A DNA stretch of 24,000 nt from an uncultured Gammaproteobacteria bacterium (GCA_963719135.1 CAVRAZ010000006.1:116686-140685); one strand, 5' to 3'. Shown: positions 1 to 8,920, numbered from the stretch's first letter. Numbers and translations are program-made. Notes: generated from the letters alone by a model not told the origin.

Positions 1-1
1 G

Positions 2-421
2 AACGTCCGCCTTGACGGTATCGATCAGGTCCTGGATCTGCGACTCGCTGACCAGTGCCGGGTATTTCTGCGGCAGTTGCATCAACAGATCCTGGCCGAT
101 GCCGATGATGCGCGGCAGTTGCTGGACGAGCTGGCTGAACTGCCGCGACAGGCGCGGAAAGATCACCAGCAGTATGAAGATCAGGACGATCAGAAACAGG
201 ATGAAGACGATCGTCACGGCCAGGTTGCGCGGCACGCCCCGCGCATGCAGCGCGGTGATCAGTCCGTCCAGCAGGTACGCCACCACCAGGGCCGCCAGCA
301 GGGGCGCGATCATCTGCCCCAGGGTGAGCACCACAACGAAACCGAAGAGGAGCACGGCCGCCAGCGAAACCACCTGCGGGTCGGACAGATACCGCTTGAA
401 CCATTGGCGGATCCGGTCCAT
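2..421 (-). CDS. AI-2E family transporter (PerM/UPF0118-like), N-terminal 140 codons; the gene runs off the left edge
   Basis: Absent from the ORF track because it is truncated. Reverse translation from the ATG at 421-419 gives MDRIRQWFKRYLSDPQVVSLAAVLLFGFVVVLTLGQMIAPLLAALVVAYLLDGLITALHARGVPRNLAVTIVFILFLIVLIFILLVIFPRLSRQFSQLVQQLPRIIGIGQDLL... This shows two long hydrophobic helices around a basic loop, as in PerM-type permeases. The start lies 3 nt after the stop of the upstream gene. Confidence 0.65.
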   Translation of the reverse strand, partial: MDRIRQWFKRYLSDPQVVSLAAVLLFGFVVVLTLGQMIAPLLAALVVAYLLDGLITALHARGVPRNLAVTIVFILFLIVLIFILLVIFPRLSRQFSQLVQQLPRIIGIGQDLLMQLPQKYPALVSESQIQDLIDTVKADV

Positions 422-424
422 CGA

Positions 425-802
425 TCAGGCACCGCCCTGCTTCAGGTGCTCGTAGCTCTCCAGAAAGATCCGCTCGAGCTGATCGATGACCTCGGCCGCG
501 TCCTGGCCGTGCAGGATGTGCTGCATCACCAGCTCCGAGGTCGCGCCGAGCATGCTCTTTTTGTCCAGCATGAAATAGGTTTTCGACAGGCGGCGGATGG
601 CTTCGACCACTTTTTCCCGGTCCGGCCGGGCGATGACCGCCGGTTCGGGAACCTCCACCGGCACGGCCTCCGCCGCGTCGGGCGCAGCGGACAGGCCCGG
701 TTGCTGCGCGAGAAATTCGGCGAATCGGATCAATGCCGCCCGATCCGCTGCCTCGAGGCGTTCGAACAATGCCAGGAGCCGTTGAGCCTGGTTATCGACC
801 AT
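425..802 (-). CDS. hypothetical protein (125 aa), cotranscribed between the LysR regulator and the PerM-like permease
   Basis: ORF 425..802 has non-repetitive, protein-like composition (MVDNQAQRLLALFERLEAADRAALIRFAEFLA...YFMLDKKSMLGATSELVMQHILHGQDAAEVIDQLERIFLESYEHLKQGGA). Its ATG shares one base with the LysR stop (TGATG at 804-800). I recognise no family. Confidence 0.6.
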   Translation of the reverse strand: MVDNQAQRLLALFERLEAADRAALIRFAEFLAQQPGLSAAPDAAEAVPVEVPEPAVIARPDREKVVEAIRRLSKTYFMLDKKSMLGATSELVMQHILHGQDAAEVIDQLERIFLESYEHLKQGGA

Positions 803-1713
803 CAGGACGTGGCGTCGGGATGCACCTTGCAGTAGGCACGCGCGAAGGCCAGCAATTCGTCCATGGCGCGGTGACGGAACTTCTGCTTTTGATGCACGAA
901 CGAAAACGGGCGCTCCAGCGCGGGCGACAACTGCAGCGCTTTCAGCGTTTCCAGCTTCAGTTCCTTCTGCACGGTCGCCAGCGACACCACCGACACACCC
1001 ATGCCGGCCTCGACCGCGCCCTTGATCGACTCGGGGCTGCCGAGTTCCATGGATACGTTGATCTGCGCGATATTGATGCCCTGCTCGGCCATGTATTCGT
1101 TGATCACCTCGCGCGTGCCCGAGCCCTCTTCCCGGCAGATATAGGGAAACGCCAGCAGCTCCTCGAGCGACACCGAAATCCGGTCCGCCAGCGGATGACG
1201 CGGCGAGACGACACCGACCAGTTCGTCCATCCGGCAGACATCCACCACCAGGTTCTTGTTCAGCACCGGCGACTCGACCACGCCGAGATCGATGGTGTTG
1301 TTTTCGACCATTTGCACGATGCCCTCGGAATTGGACACCTTGAGCTGGACGTTGACGTCCGGATTCTGTTTCTTGAAATCGCCCAGCAGCGCCGGCAGCA
1401 TGTATTCGGCGATGGTGGTGCTCGCGCCGATGATCAGCATGCCGCTGATGTCGCCGGTCATCTCGCGCACGGCGCTTTCCATTTCGGCGTAGAGCTGAAA
1501 GAGGCGATCGGCGTATCCGTACACGCAGTGGCCGGCGTCGGTGAGGCTGATCCGGTTGTGGGTGCGGTCGAACAGGCGGGTGTTGAAATATTCCTCCAAC
1601 TGGCGAACCTGGAAGGTCACGGCGGGCTGGGTCATGTGCAGCGCCTCGGCCGCCTTGGTAAAGCTGAGCAGACGGGCCACCGTATGAAACACCTGAAGTC
1701 TGCGATCCGCCAT
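802..1713 (-). CDS. LysR-family transcriptional regulator
   Basis: 303 aa. N-terminal winged HTH (LQVFHTVARLLSFTKAAEALHMTQPAVTFQVRQLEEYFNTRLFDR) followed by a LysR substrate-binding-domain length and pattern. Confidence 0.9.
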   Translation of the reverse strand: MADRRLQVFHTVARLLSFTKAAEALHMTQPAVTFQVRQLEEYFNTRLFDRTHNRISLTDAGHCVYGYADRLFQLYAEMESAVREMTGDISGMLIIGASTTIAEYMLPALLGDFKKQNPDVNVQLKVSNSEGIVQMVENNTIDLGVVESPVLNKNLVVDVCRMDELVGVVSPRHPLADRISVSLEELLAFPYICREEGSGTREVINEYMAEQGINIAQINVSMELGSPESIKGAVEAGMGVSVVSLATVQKELKLETLKALQLSPALERPFSFVHQKQKFRHRAMDELLAFARAYCKVHPDATS

Positions 1714-1786
1714 GGTTCCAGCCTCTTGGACGACGCCCAGCCGCTGTATCGGGACGATTCAGCCTTTTTTGTGAGGATAAAATAAA

Positions 1787-1803
1787 TTAATCAGGCTGAT
1801 AAA
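1787..1803. promoter_or_regulatory. candidate operator dyad upstream of the LysR gene (TTAATCAG-G-CTGATAAA)
   Basis: 17-nt near-perfect palindrome in the A/T-rich stretch 75-90 nt upstream of the LysR start. LysR proteins commonly autoregulate through such dyads. Position and symmetry only. Confidence 0.3.
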
Positions 1804-1860
1804 GATACAGCAGATTCAAGACGTTTGCATGGATTTTTCCGTGCCGGCCAGGGCGGCGCA

Positions 1861-1887
1861 CAAGAAAGCCCCGGCCGTCGCCGGGGC
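1861..1887 (-). terminator. intrinsic terminator after the exported-protein gene
   Basis: The minus strand reads GCCCCGGC-GACG-GCCGGGGC followed by TTTCTTG, about 27 nt after the stop at 1914. Confidence 0.55.
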
Positions 1888-1913
1888 TCTGGAACATGCC
1901 GGAACGCAAGCGC

Positions 1914-2831
1914 TCAGTGGGGCGTCGAGGCCTCGGCCAAGGCCTTCTCGATCGCCTTCGGGCTCGCCATCAGCGTCATGAAACTGTGCTCGCCCATCAT
2001 CTTCAGATCGGGATACTGCACCGCCATGCGGAACCGCATGTGCAGCGCCACCACCTTGTTGCCGTCGACCATGATTTCGTCGGGCAGATAGGCCGTGCCT
2101 TTCAGGTCGCCGGCATCCACGGTGCTCATGATGAATCGGTCATCCATGTACTTGTCGTCGTCGCTGGCGGCCTTGCGCCCGACGCCGAAGACCGTGACGC
2201 CGTTGGGCAGGTCGAGGCGGTAGACCTTGGTGATGCCGGCCACGCCGTTGGCGAGGTTTTTCTCGATGGAGTCCACGGCCTCCTGATGGCTGGCATAGCT
2301 CGCCAGTTCATAGACGTTGTCGAAATACTCCATCCCGAGCGTGTAGTGGTACTTGCGCAGTTGCTTCGCCGTCAGTCCCTTTTCCGATCCGAACTGCTGG
2401 ATCGCGCCCAGCGCCTTGCCCAGCGCCTGCGACACGCCGGCCAGATCGGAATCCAGACGGTAGGCGTTGGCAAGGTAGGCGGGATTCGCGTAGGCGACCT
2501 GCACCTCGTCGCCCACCTTAGTCACGGCCACGCGCCAGGGCGCGGCGAAACCGCCGTACTTGGTCTTTTGCGCAACCGTCTGCAATTCGTCGTTGGTGAC
2601 GACAATCACCCGCGCGTTGTCGACGAACGTGTCCTTGTAGGGCGTGTACTCGCCCAGAATCCTGAAGCCGTTGGCGGTCAGCGCCTGGCGGGTTTCCTGC
2701 ACCTTGGCGTCGAAATCGGCCGCACCGCGGAAGCCCAGGATGAAGGGCTTCAACATATCGTCCGCCTGCGCGCCGGCTGTGCCAAATAGGGACAGTCCGA
2801 GCCACAACAGCATGCTCTTGATCATTTTCAT
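1914..2831 (-). CDS. exported protein of unknown function with an N-terminal DUF302-like region
   Basis: The ORF track gives 1914..2912. I place the start at the ATG at 2831 (MKMIKSMLLWLGLSLFGTAGAQA, a clear Sec signal peptide), preceded by GAGAGGAGAA. The segment FDAKVQETRQALTANGFRILGEY...ARVIVVTN...PWRVAVTKVGDEVQVAYANPAYLA resembles the DUF302 pattern as I remember it. The C-terminal ~150 aa are unassigned. Confidence 0.75.
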   Translation of the reverse strand: MKMIKSMLLWLGLSLFGTAGAQADDMLKPFILGFRGAADFDAKVQETRQALTANGFRILGEYTPYKDTFVDNARVIVVTNDELQTVAQKTKYGGFAAPWRVAVTKVGDEVQVAYANPAYLANAYRLDSDLAGVSQALGKALGAIQQFGSEKGLTAKQLRKYHYTLGMEYFDNVYELASYASHQEAVDSIEKNLANGVAGITKVYRLDLPNGVTVFGVGRKAASDDDKYMDDRFIMSTVDAGDLKGTAYLPDEIMVDGNKVVALHMRFRMAVQYPDLKMMGEHSFMTLMASPKAIEKALAEASTPH

Positions 2832-2870
2832 CGTTTGATTCTCCTCTCGATCGAGCCCGGAAACGGGCGG

Positions 2871-2908
2871 GTAAAACGACCGGGGGTGGGTCTCGAACCT
2901 ACCCCCGG
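2871..2908 (-). terminator. intrinsic terminator after the first FadL-family gene
   Basis: The minus strand reads CCGGGGGT-(13-nt loop)-ACCCCCGG followed by TCGTTTTAC, about 40 nt after the stop at 2949. Confidence 0.55.
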
Positions 2909-2948
2909 CCATTCAGGGTGCGGTCTTCGCCGCCTGCAGGCTCAGGGC

Positions 2949-4457
2949 CTAGAACTTCACCGCGTAGCTCGCCTCGATGGCGTTCTGCTGCATGGCGTTT
3001 CTGGCGGAGTAGCCGAAGCCGGTAAATGGACCACTGCCATTGTAGTCGGTTCCGACGTTGTTGCGCAGCGCGTGCATATAGGTCAGGGTGAACTCGCGGT
3101 CCTCGCTCGACGCATAGGTGAAGCCGACCGTCATATGCTTCTCGACCACCGCTGGCGCAAGCACGTTGAACAGCGCCTGATCGCCGTCATACGGCGCTTT
3201 CGCGTAGTTGAAGCCGGCGCGGAAGGTCCATTGGCTGTTATACGCGTAATCCACGCCCGCCTTGTAGACGGTCACGTCCTTCCAGCCGAAGCCCCAGCCG
3301 TTGTTGGTGCCCAGCGGCGCGGAAATCCCGGTGCCGGGCGCGGTGCCGTTGGACAGCGCGTAGGCAAAGGCGCTGAGGAACTCGTTCGCCGTCGGACCTT
3401 TGTTGGAGATGGACGCGACGTTGCCGTACAGAATGCGCGTGACGTCCACGCCGAAGTGCACTTTCGGCGTGACTTCGAGCAAAATCCCCGCGCCGTAGGT
3501 CGCGGGTATGTCGAAATCGCCGTGCTCCGCGAACAAGCCGGCGTACTTGTTGAACTTGCTCATGTAGATCTTGGAGGTCGCCGACGCGCCGATGGACACC
3601 GGCCCGAAGTGGCCCAGGTAGCCGATGCGCCCGCCGTAACCCCAGGCGTCATCGTCGCCGTTGTTGGTCAGATGGCCGGGGTTTGACGAGAAACCCGAGA
3701 ACAGCCCCAGACCGTACGCGCGGAACCGCTGGTAGCCGATGATCGGCGAGAACCCCAGGGAGTGGTGCTCGTTGAATTTGTAGGCGATGGTCGGCGTGAT
3801 CAGAATCTGCGCCAGGTTGACGCCCAGCGTCGAACTCAGGCCCGGCGCGCCGAACAGCCCGGCCATCGCCGCGTCGATTTGGGCCGGCGCCACGCCGAAC
3901 CCGGTTTCGAGCAGACCTGCAAACCCGCTGGGCCCCGGCGGCGACGGCGGCGCGGGAAACGTGTTGTTGGAACTCTGGCCGATGACCGGCGCGAACGCGT
4001 TGAAATAGAGATTGTCGTTATAGCGGGTGTTCATGCCGCCGTTGGCGACCATTGCGAGCCCCAGCGTCAAAGCGCCGTGGTTCCACGCGAACCCCAGGTT
4101 GGGGATGGCAAACAGCGTCGCGCCGCTGTTCGTGTTCGCATCCATACCGCTGAGCGCAACGCCCGCACCGAGGTCGGGAACCGACAGACCGGTGGCATCG
4201 ACGGTCGATTCACGCTGTGGGTTGAACAACTCGAGGCCGCCGTCGACGCGGTCGCCCATGCCGGCCAGCGTGGCGGGGTTGATTGCCGGCGCCAGCGAAT
4301 CCTGGCCGTAGGCCATGCCCATGCCGGCGAGGCCGCGGTTCTTGGACCCGTAGCCGATCTTGAAGTAGCCGTTGGTCGCCTCCGCCAGCGGTGCTGCCAA
4401 TGTCGCCGCCGCCACGGCGATCGCCATGATGGTCTGCCTGATGCCCGTTGTTTTCAT
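2949..4457 (-). CDS. FadL/OmpP1/TodX-family outer-membrane hydrophobic-compound channel
   Basis: 502 aa. Signal peptide (MKTTGIRQTIMAIAVAAATLAAPLAEA), an N-terminal hatch-like GYFKIGYGSKNRGLAGMGMAYGQDSLAPAINPATLA, beta-barrel-type alternating Gly/aromatic composition, and a C-terminal aromatic residue (...SYAVKF). Confidence 0.85.
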   Translation of the reverse strand: MKTTGIRQTIMAIAVAAATLAAPLAEATNGYFKIGYGSKNRGLAGMGMAYGQDSLAPAINPATLAGMGDRVDGGLELFNPQRESTVDATGLSVPDLGAGVALSGMDANTNSGATLFAIPNLGFAWNHGALTLGLAMVANGGMNTRYNDNLYFNAFAPVIGQSSNNTFPAPPSPPGPSGFAGLLETGFGVAPAQIDAAMAGLFGAPGLSSTLGVNLAQILITPTIAYKFNEHHSLGFSPIIGYQRFRAYGLGLFSGFSSNPGHLTNNGDDDAWGYGGRIGYLGHFGPVSIGASATSKIYMSKFNKYAGLFAEHGDFDIPATYGAGILLEVTPKVHFGVDVTRILYGNVASISNKGPTANEFLSAFAYALSNGTAPGTGISAPLGTNNGWGFGWKDVTVYKAGVDYAYNSQWTFRAGFNYAKAPYDGDQALFNVLAPAVVEKHMTVGFTYASSEDREFTLTYMHALRNNVGTDYNGSGPFTGFGYSARNAMQQNAIEASYAVKF

Positions 4458-4762
4458 GTGCCCGTTCCCTCGTCGTTTCGGTGGCCGCGCCGCGACACGT
4501 CATTCGTTCGAAGCGCCCTGTCTGTTGCGGTAGTGCAACGAATAATTGACGTGTCTGCTACAACATGGAGTAGCCTGATCCATATTGTCAAATTTCCAAA
4601 CGGACTGAAGCAATTTGCGTGCCTCGCCTAACACCCTGATTTTGCGGCTCAGTCCCGCCAATAATCCGACGAATTCGCGCGCACGCAGGTTGCCATTTGC
4701 GGCATTCCGGCGATATCCTGACTCGCCGTAGCAACGAGACAACAACAATGGAGGAGCCGATC

Positions 4763-6106
4763 ATGAGCCTGTCTTCCACCCGTGCCGGCCTCGCGCGCGG
4801 CGTTCTGACCGGCGCGCTTTGCGTGCTCGCCGCGGGCGCGCGGGCCGGCGGCTTCGCGCTGATCGAGCAGAGCGCCAGTCAGATGGGCGAGGCATTCGCC
4901 GGCGGCTCCGCCATCGCCGAGGATGCAACGACCATCTATTTCAATCCGGCCGGATTGACCCGCATCCCGCAGCAGTTCGTCGCCGGCGCCCACCTGGTCA
5001 ACACCCAGGCGAAATTCGACGGCACCGCCTACGCGCTCGACGGGATCACGCCGACCAGCGGCGGCAACGGCGGCGACGCCGGCGGCCCCGGCGGCGTGCC
5101 GAATCTCTACTACGCGCTGCCGGTGAACTCGACGACGTTCTTCGGACTCGGCATCAACGCGCCGTTCGGGCTGCAAACCGGGTATGACGACCATTGGAAA
5201 GGTCGCTACCTGGCGGTGGATTCCCACGTCGCAACCGTCAATGTCAACCCGTCGGTCGCGTTCAGGATCAACGACGACTTTTCGCTCGGCGCAGGCATCA
5301 ACGCGCAGTACATCGAGGCGAAGCTGACCCAGCAGGTCGACTACGGCAGCATCTGTTTCGGCGTGGCGCCGCCGGCGACCTGCGCCGGCCTCGGCCTGCT
5401 GCCGCAGCAGGCGGACGGACTGGCCAAGGTGCGCGGCGACGACTGGAGCATGGGCATCAACGCGGGCCTGCTGTTCCAGGCGACCGAACACACCCGCATC
5501 GGCTTCGCCTACCGCTCCAAGGTCCAGCACGAGTTGAAAGGCCGCGCCCGCTTCGACGACGCACCCGCCGCCATCGTCACGGCATCCGGCGGCCGGTTCA
5601 CGGCGTCCGACATCCGGGCTTCGCTGGAGCTGCCGCAGACGTTTTCGCTGAGCGTTTACCACGACGTCAGCGACGCGCTGGCGTTGATGGCGGACGCGAC
5701 GCTGACCGACTGGAGCAGCTTCCAGGAGCTGCGCATCAAGTACGACAATCCGGCGCAGCCCGATTCGACGGTGTACGAGAGCTGGAACGACACGCTGCGC
5801 TACTCGGTCGGCGCCAACTGGCGCACCAGCGGAAACCTCCTGTTGCGCGCCGGCGTGGCGTACGACGAAACGCCCATTCCGAACCGGGCGCACCGTACGC
5901 CGCGCATTCCCGGCGAAGACCGCCTGTGGACATCGCTGGGCTTCAACTACCGGTTCGGCCCACGGCTGTCGCTGGATGCCGGTTACTCGCATCTGTTCGT
6001 GCACGACCCGAAGACCAATCACACGGACGAAAACGGCCTGAGGATCACCGGCAGCTACGACGCCGCGGTGGACATCCTGAGCGCGCAGCTCAACTGGAAT
6101 ATCTGA
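4763..6106 (+). CDS. FadL-family outer-membrane long-chain fatty acid / hydrophobic-compound transporter
   Basis: The ORF track starts at 4697. I prefer the ATG at 4763, preceded by GGAGGAG (4749-4755). A signal peptide ending AAGARA is followed by GGFALIEQSASQMGEAFAGGSAIAEDATTIYFNPAGL, which matches the FadL N-terminal hatch motif. Confidence 0.85.
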   Translation: MSLSSTRAGLARGVLTGALCVLAAGARAGGFALIEQSASQMGEAFAGGSAIAEDATTIYFNPAGLTRIPQQFVAGAHLVNTQAKFDGTAYALDGITPTSGGNGGDAGGPGGVPNLYYALPVNSTTFFGLGINAPFGLQTGYDDHWKGRYLAVDSHVATVNVNPSVAFRINDDFSLGAGINAQYIEAKLTQQVDYGSICFGVAPPATCAGLGLLPQQADGLAKVRGDDWSMGINAGLLFQATEHTRIGFAYRSKVQHELKGRARFDDAPAAIVTASGGRFTASDIRASLELPQTFSLSVYHDVSDALALMADATLTDWSSFQELRIKYDNPAQPDSTVYESWNDTLRYSVGANWRTSGNLLLRAGVAYDETPIPNRAHRTPRIPGEDRLWTSLGFNYRFGPRLSLDAGYSHLFVHDPKTNHTDENGLRITGSYDAAVDILSAQLNWNI

Positions 6107-6163
6107 TGCGGGACAGCCCCTGTCCGCGGCCGACTGAAGCGCAGCCGGCGGCCCGGCCGCCTT

Positions 6164-8803
6164 TCAGGACTTGAACAGAATGCGGCGATAGCCGCCCGCC
6201 ACGAGCGCGGCGGTGTCGATCAGCAGCGCGGGCAGCGGCGTCAGCAACGGGTAGGCCAGGTAGGTCCCGCGCCATGCCGGATGGAATTTCTCCTTGAAGC
6301 TCCGCAATCCCTTGTAGTTGTAGAACCGGTTCCCGTATTCGTAGGCGATGCGCGCGACGCGCTCGCCAGCGCGCGCATAGCGTGTGGTTCCGACGCCCGC
6401 CAGCGGCGCCACGCCCAGGTTGAACGCGTGGTATCCCGCCTCGCGCGCGTATTCGAGGATGTTGGCGAACAGGAATTCCATGGTGCCGGGCGGTGTGTCG
6501 CGGACGTGCCGCATCAGATCGATGCTCAGTTCGTCGTGACGCGCATAGTCGGGCATCAGGTTGGCGAAGGCGACGATGCTATCGCCCTTCCTGACGACCG
6601 CCAGTTCGCTGCGCGCCAGGTAGTTTTCATCGAACCGGCCGAGCGAAAACCCTTTTTCCGCGCTGTGGCGCTCCGCCAGCCAGGCGTCCGATACCGCGCG
6701 CAGCGCGGGCCAGAGCGCCGGGTCAAAGGGCGGCCGCAGCATTTCGAACAGCACGCCGTCGCGTTTGGCGCGATTGACGCTGTGGCGGACGGCTTCGCCG
6801 CGTTTGCCGGCCAGCGTGAAGCCGGACAAGTCGATGACAGCCATTTCGCCCAGTTTGAACAGCGCAAAGCCGGCATCGTGGTAGTGGTGCAGATTTCTGT
6901 CCTCGACCTCGTAGAAACAGGGAATCAGATTATGCCGGTCGGCAAATTCGCGAAACCCGATGATCGCGTCCCTGAACGCGTCGGGATTGCCGCAGGGGTC
7001 GCCCAGCGCCACCAGGCGGTCGCGAATCTGGCCGAACTGAACGAACGCCTGGCGGTCGGCGGACCAGTGAAGATACTTGTCGCCGGAGAAGAACAGATGG
7101 GAGAAGCCGCTGCCGCCGAAGCGATCGAGCACACCCTTGACGTCCGCGACGTCGTTGCGGTCCGGCAGCCTGCAGACCGCCCGCGGCGCGCGATACAGCG
7201 ACCAGGCGATGACCCCGATGGTAAGGCCCAGCGCGATCAGCAGCCCGCGGACGAAACGCGATGCGGCCGGCGCCGCATCGAGGTGGAGCAACAGGTCGAG
7301 ATTCGTGAGAACCCGGCCGTGCACCCAGCCGCCCAGCCAGGCGAACCCCGCGATCGCGACCACCAGCGCGAGCAGCCAGTTCAGATTCTGCACGCTCAGC
7401 AACGGGTAGCTTTGCCGGTAGAATCTCGCTGCCTGCGTGCGCAGCAGGAATGCGACCAGCAACAGCGCGCCCGCCTCCTCGTAATCGATGCCCTTGACCA
7501 GGCTGAGCACCGCACCCGCCACCAGCAGCACCATCGCCATGCGGTAGGCGCCGCGAACCTGCTGGGCGATGCCGCGCGAAACCGCGATGAGCATGACGCC
7601 GGTGACCACCGACAGCGAGTGGGAAAACTCGATGGCGACGTTCGGCACGTAGCGGGTCAAAAGCATCAGTCGACCGGCCAGCGCCGGGAACGCGGCCGAT
7701 GCCAGCAGTATCGCGCCGGCGGCGAAGGTGAGATAGGCCAGCACCCGAACGCCGAGCGCCGCGAGCACGTTCAGCGGGATCCGCAGAAAAGACAGCGCGC
7801 CGCTGTCGCGCCACTGCCTGACCAGCGCCAGATGCTGCCAGGGCTTGTCCAGCGCCAGCCGGCCGGCACCCAGGAAGACGCCGATGACCCAGGGCACCAG
7901 AAAATAGCAGACGCGATAGATCAGTACGCCGGAGACCAGCGGTTCCGGGCTCGGTGTGAACGGCGACATCAGCGCCACCATCGACACCTCGAAGACACCG
8001 AGACCGCCGGGCACGAGGCTCAGAATTCCCAGCGCACAGGCGAGAATGAAGGCCGAGATGAACGCCAGCCAGTGAAACTGGACGCCGCTGGCCTGCAGCG
8101 CGACCGCCAGCACCAGCGCGGCGAGCAGCCAGTCCAGGGTCGATATCACCGTCATCGCCATCAACCCCGAAAGCCTGATACCCGCCGGCAGTGCGATGAT
8201 CGAGGGCAGGAGCCGGCGCCGCAGGATGAGAAAGTAGGCGGGCAGATAGGCGGCGAACCCGGCCAGGGCCAGGAAACCGAGCCAGGTCGGCAGCGGCAGC
8301 CGGTGAAGCCCCGCCCCTCCGGTCAGCAGCACCGGCCAGCACAGCACCGCGAGGCCGACCGGTATCGAGAACAGGATGAGTGTCGAAAACGCAACGGCCT
8401 GCCCGACGCCGACCGTTTCGCTGGTAAACAGCAGGCGGATTCCGGAGCCCGCAAGCCCGGAAAAACCGATCACATTGTTGAAGGTGTTCGCGATCCAGGC
8501 ATTGCGCAACAGCACCGCCGGCGCGAACCGCAGTTTCAGCATGCGCGATGCCTGCCAGTCATAGCAGGTCATGGCCAACACACCGATCAGCGCCAGCGTC
8601 TGCACGAGCAACAAGCGGGTGATGTCGACCGACCGGAAAACCGAGCGGATGGCATGGACATCCAGTTTGCCCAGCTCGCGCGCCGAAATGAGGAGCGCAA
8701 TGGTGAAGAAGACGAAAGGCGCGACCCGCCGTATCCGGCGCAGGGCCGGTGAAGGTGCGGGTCTGTCTTGCAGTGAATGGCTCGAAGCAGTTTTCAAGGA
8801 CAC
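6164..8803 (-). CDS. mprF: bifunctional aminoacyl-phosphatidylglycerol (lysyl-PG) synthase/flippase, MprF family
   Basis: 879 aa. About 550 aa of polytopic membrane domain are followed by a soluble C-terminal domain (..FSHLFFSGDKYLHWS...FVQFGQIRDRLVALGDP...FYEV...GFALFKLGEMAVIDL...KRGEAVRHSVNRAKRDG...FSLGRFDENYL...FYNYKGLRSFKEKFHPAW), typical of the LPG-synthase C domain. The start is a GTG with no obvious SD, so it is uncertain. Confidence 0.8.
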   Translation of the reverse strand: MSLKTASSHSLQDRPAPSPALRRIRRVAPFVFFTIALLISARELGKLDVHAIRSVFRSVDITRLLLVQTLALIGVLAMTCYDWQASRMLKLRFAPAVLLRNAWIANTFNNVIGFSGLAGSGIRLLFTSETVGVGQAVAFSTLILFSIPVGLAVLCWPVLLTGGAGLHRLPLPTWLGFLALAGFAAYLPAYFLILRRRLLPSIIALPAGIRLSGLMAMTVISTLDWLLAALVLAVALQASGVQFHWLAFISAFILACALGILSLVPGGLGVFEVSMVALMSPFTPSPEPLVSGVLIYRVCYFLVPWVIGVFLGAGRLALDKPWQHLALVRQWRDSGALSFLRIPLNVLAALGVRVLAYLTFAAGAILLASAAFPALAGRLMLLTRYVPNVAIEFSHSLSVVTGVMLIAVSRGIAQQVRGAYRMAMVLLVAGAVLSLVKGIDYEEAGALLLVAFLLRTQAARFYRQSYPLLSVQNLNWLLALVVAIAGFAWLGGWVHGRVLTNLDLLLHLDAAPAASRFVRGLLIALGLTIGVIAWSLYRAPRAVCRLPDRNDVADVKGVLDRFGGSGFSHLFFSGDKYLHWSADRQAFVQFGQIRDRLVALGDPCGNPDAFRDAIIGFREFADRHNLIPCFYEVEDRNLHHYHDAGFALFKLGEMAVIDLSGFTLAGKRGEAVRHSVNRAKRDGVLFEMLRPPFDPALWPALRAVSDAWLAERHSAEKGFSLGRFDENYLARSELAVVRKGDSIVAFANLMPDYARHDELSIDLMRHVRDTPPGTMEFLFANILEYAREAGYHAFNLGVAPLAGVGTTRYARAGERVARIAYEYGNRFYNYKGLRSFKEKFHPAWRGTYLAYPLLTPLPALLIDTAALVAGGYRRILFKS

Positions 8804-8920
8804 GTCCGACCGCGAACATCCGGCCGCCAGACGAAATCAAACCGGGACAGGGTCCGGAGTCCGAAGTCTGACAGATGCCGTGACCGCTTCCAAGCCCCGG
8901 CCAGGGTGCGAACAGCGCAA

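Noticed and set aside
2880-2908. GGTAGGTTCGAGACCCACC in the hairpin after the FadL gene resembles a tRNA T-arm (possible tRNA remnant or att site).
   Set aside because: No acceptor, D or anticodon arms are present nearby. The stem plus the following U-rich tract is fully explained as an intrinsic terminator.
4649-6022. Very long ORFs antisense to real genes: 4649..6022(-), 6281..8752(+), 6930..8342(-), 9672..11168(-), 13734..15749(-), 19435..21774(+), 22124..22981(+), 733..1785(+), 1896..2789(+) and 2835..3686(+).
   Set aside because: All are Arg/Ala/Gly/Pro-rich with no recognisable motifs. Each lies opposite a gene with clear family signatures. Stop-poor antisense frames are expected at this G+C content.
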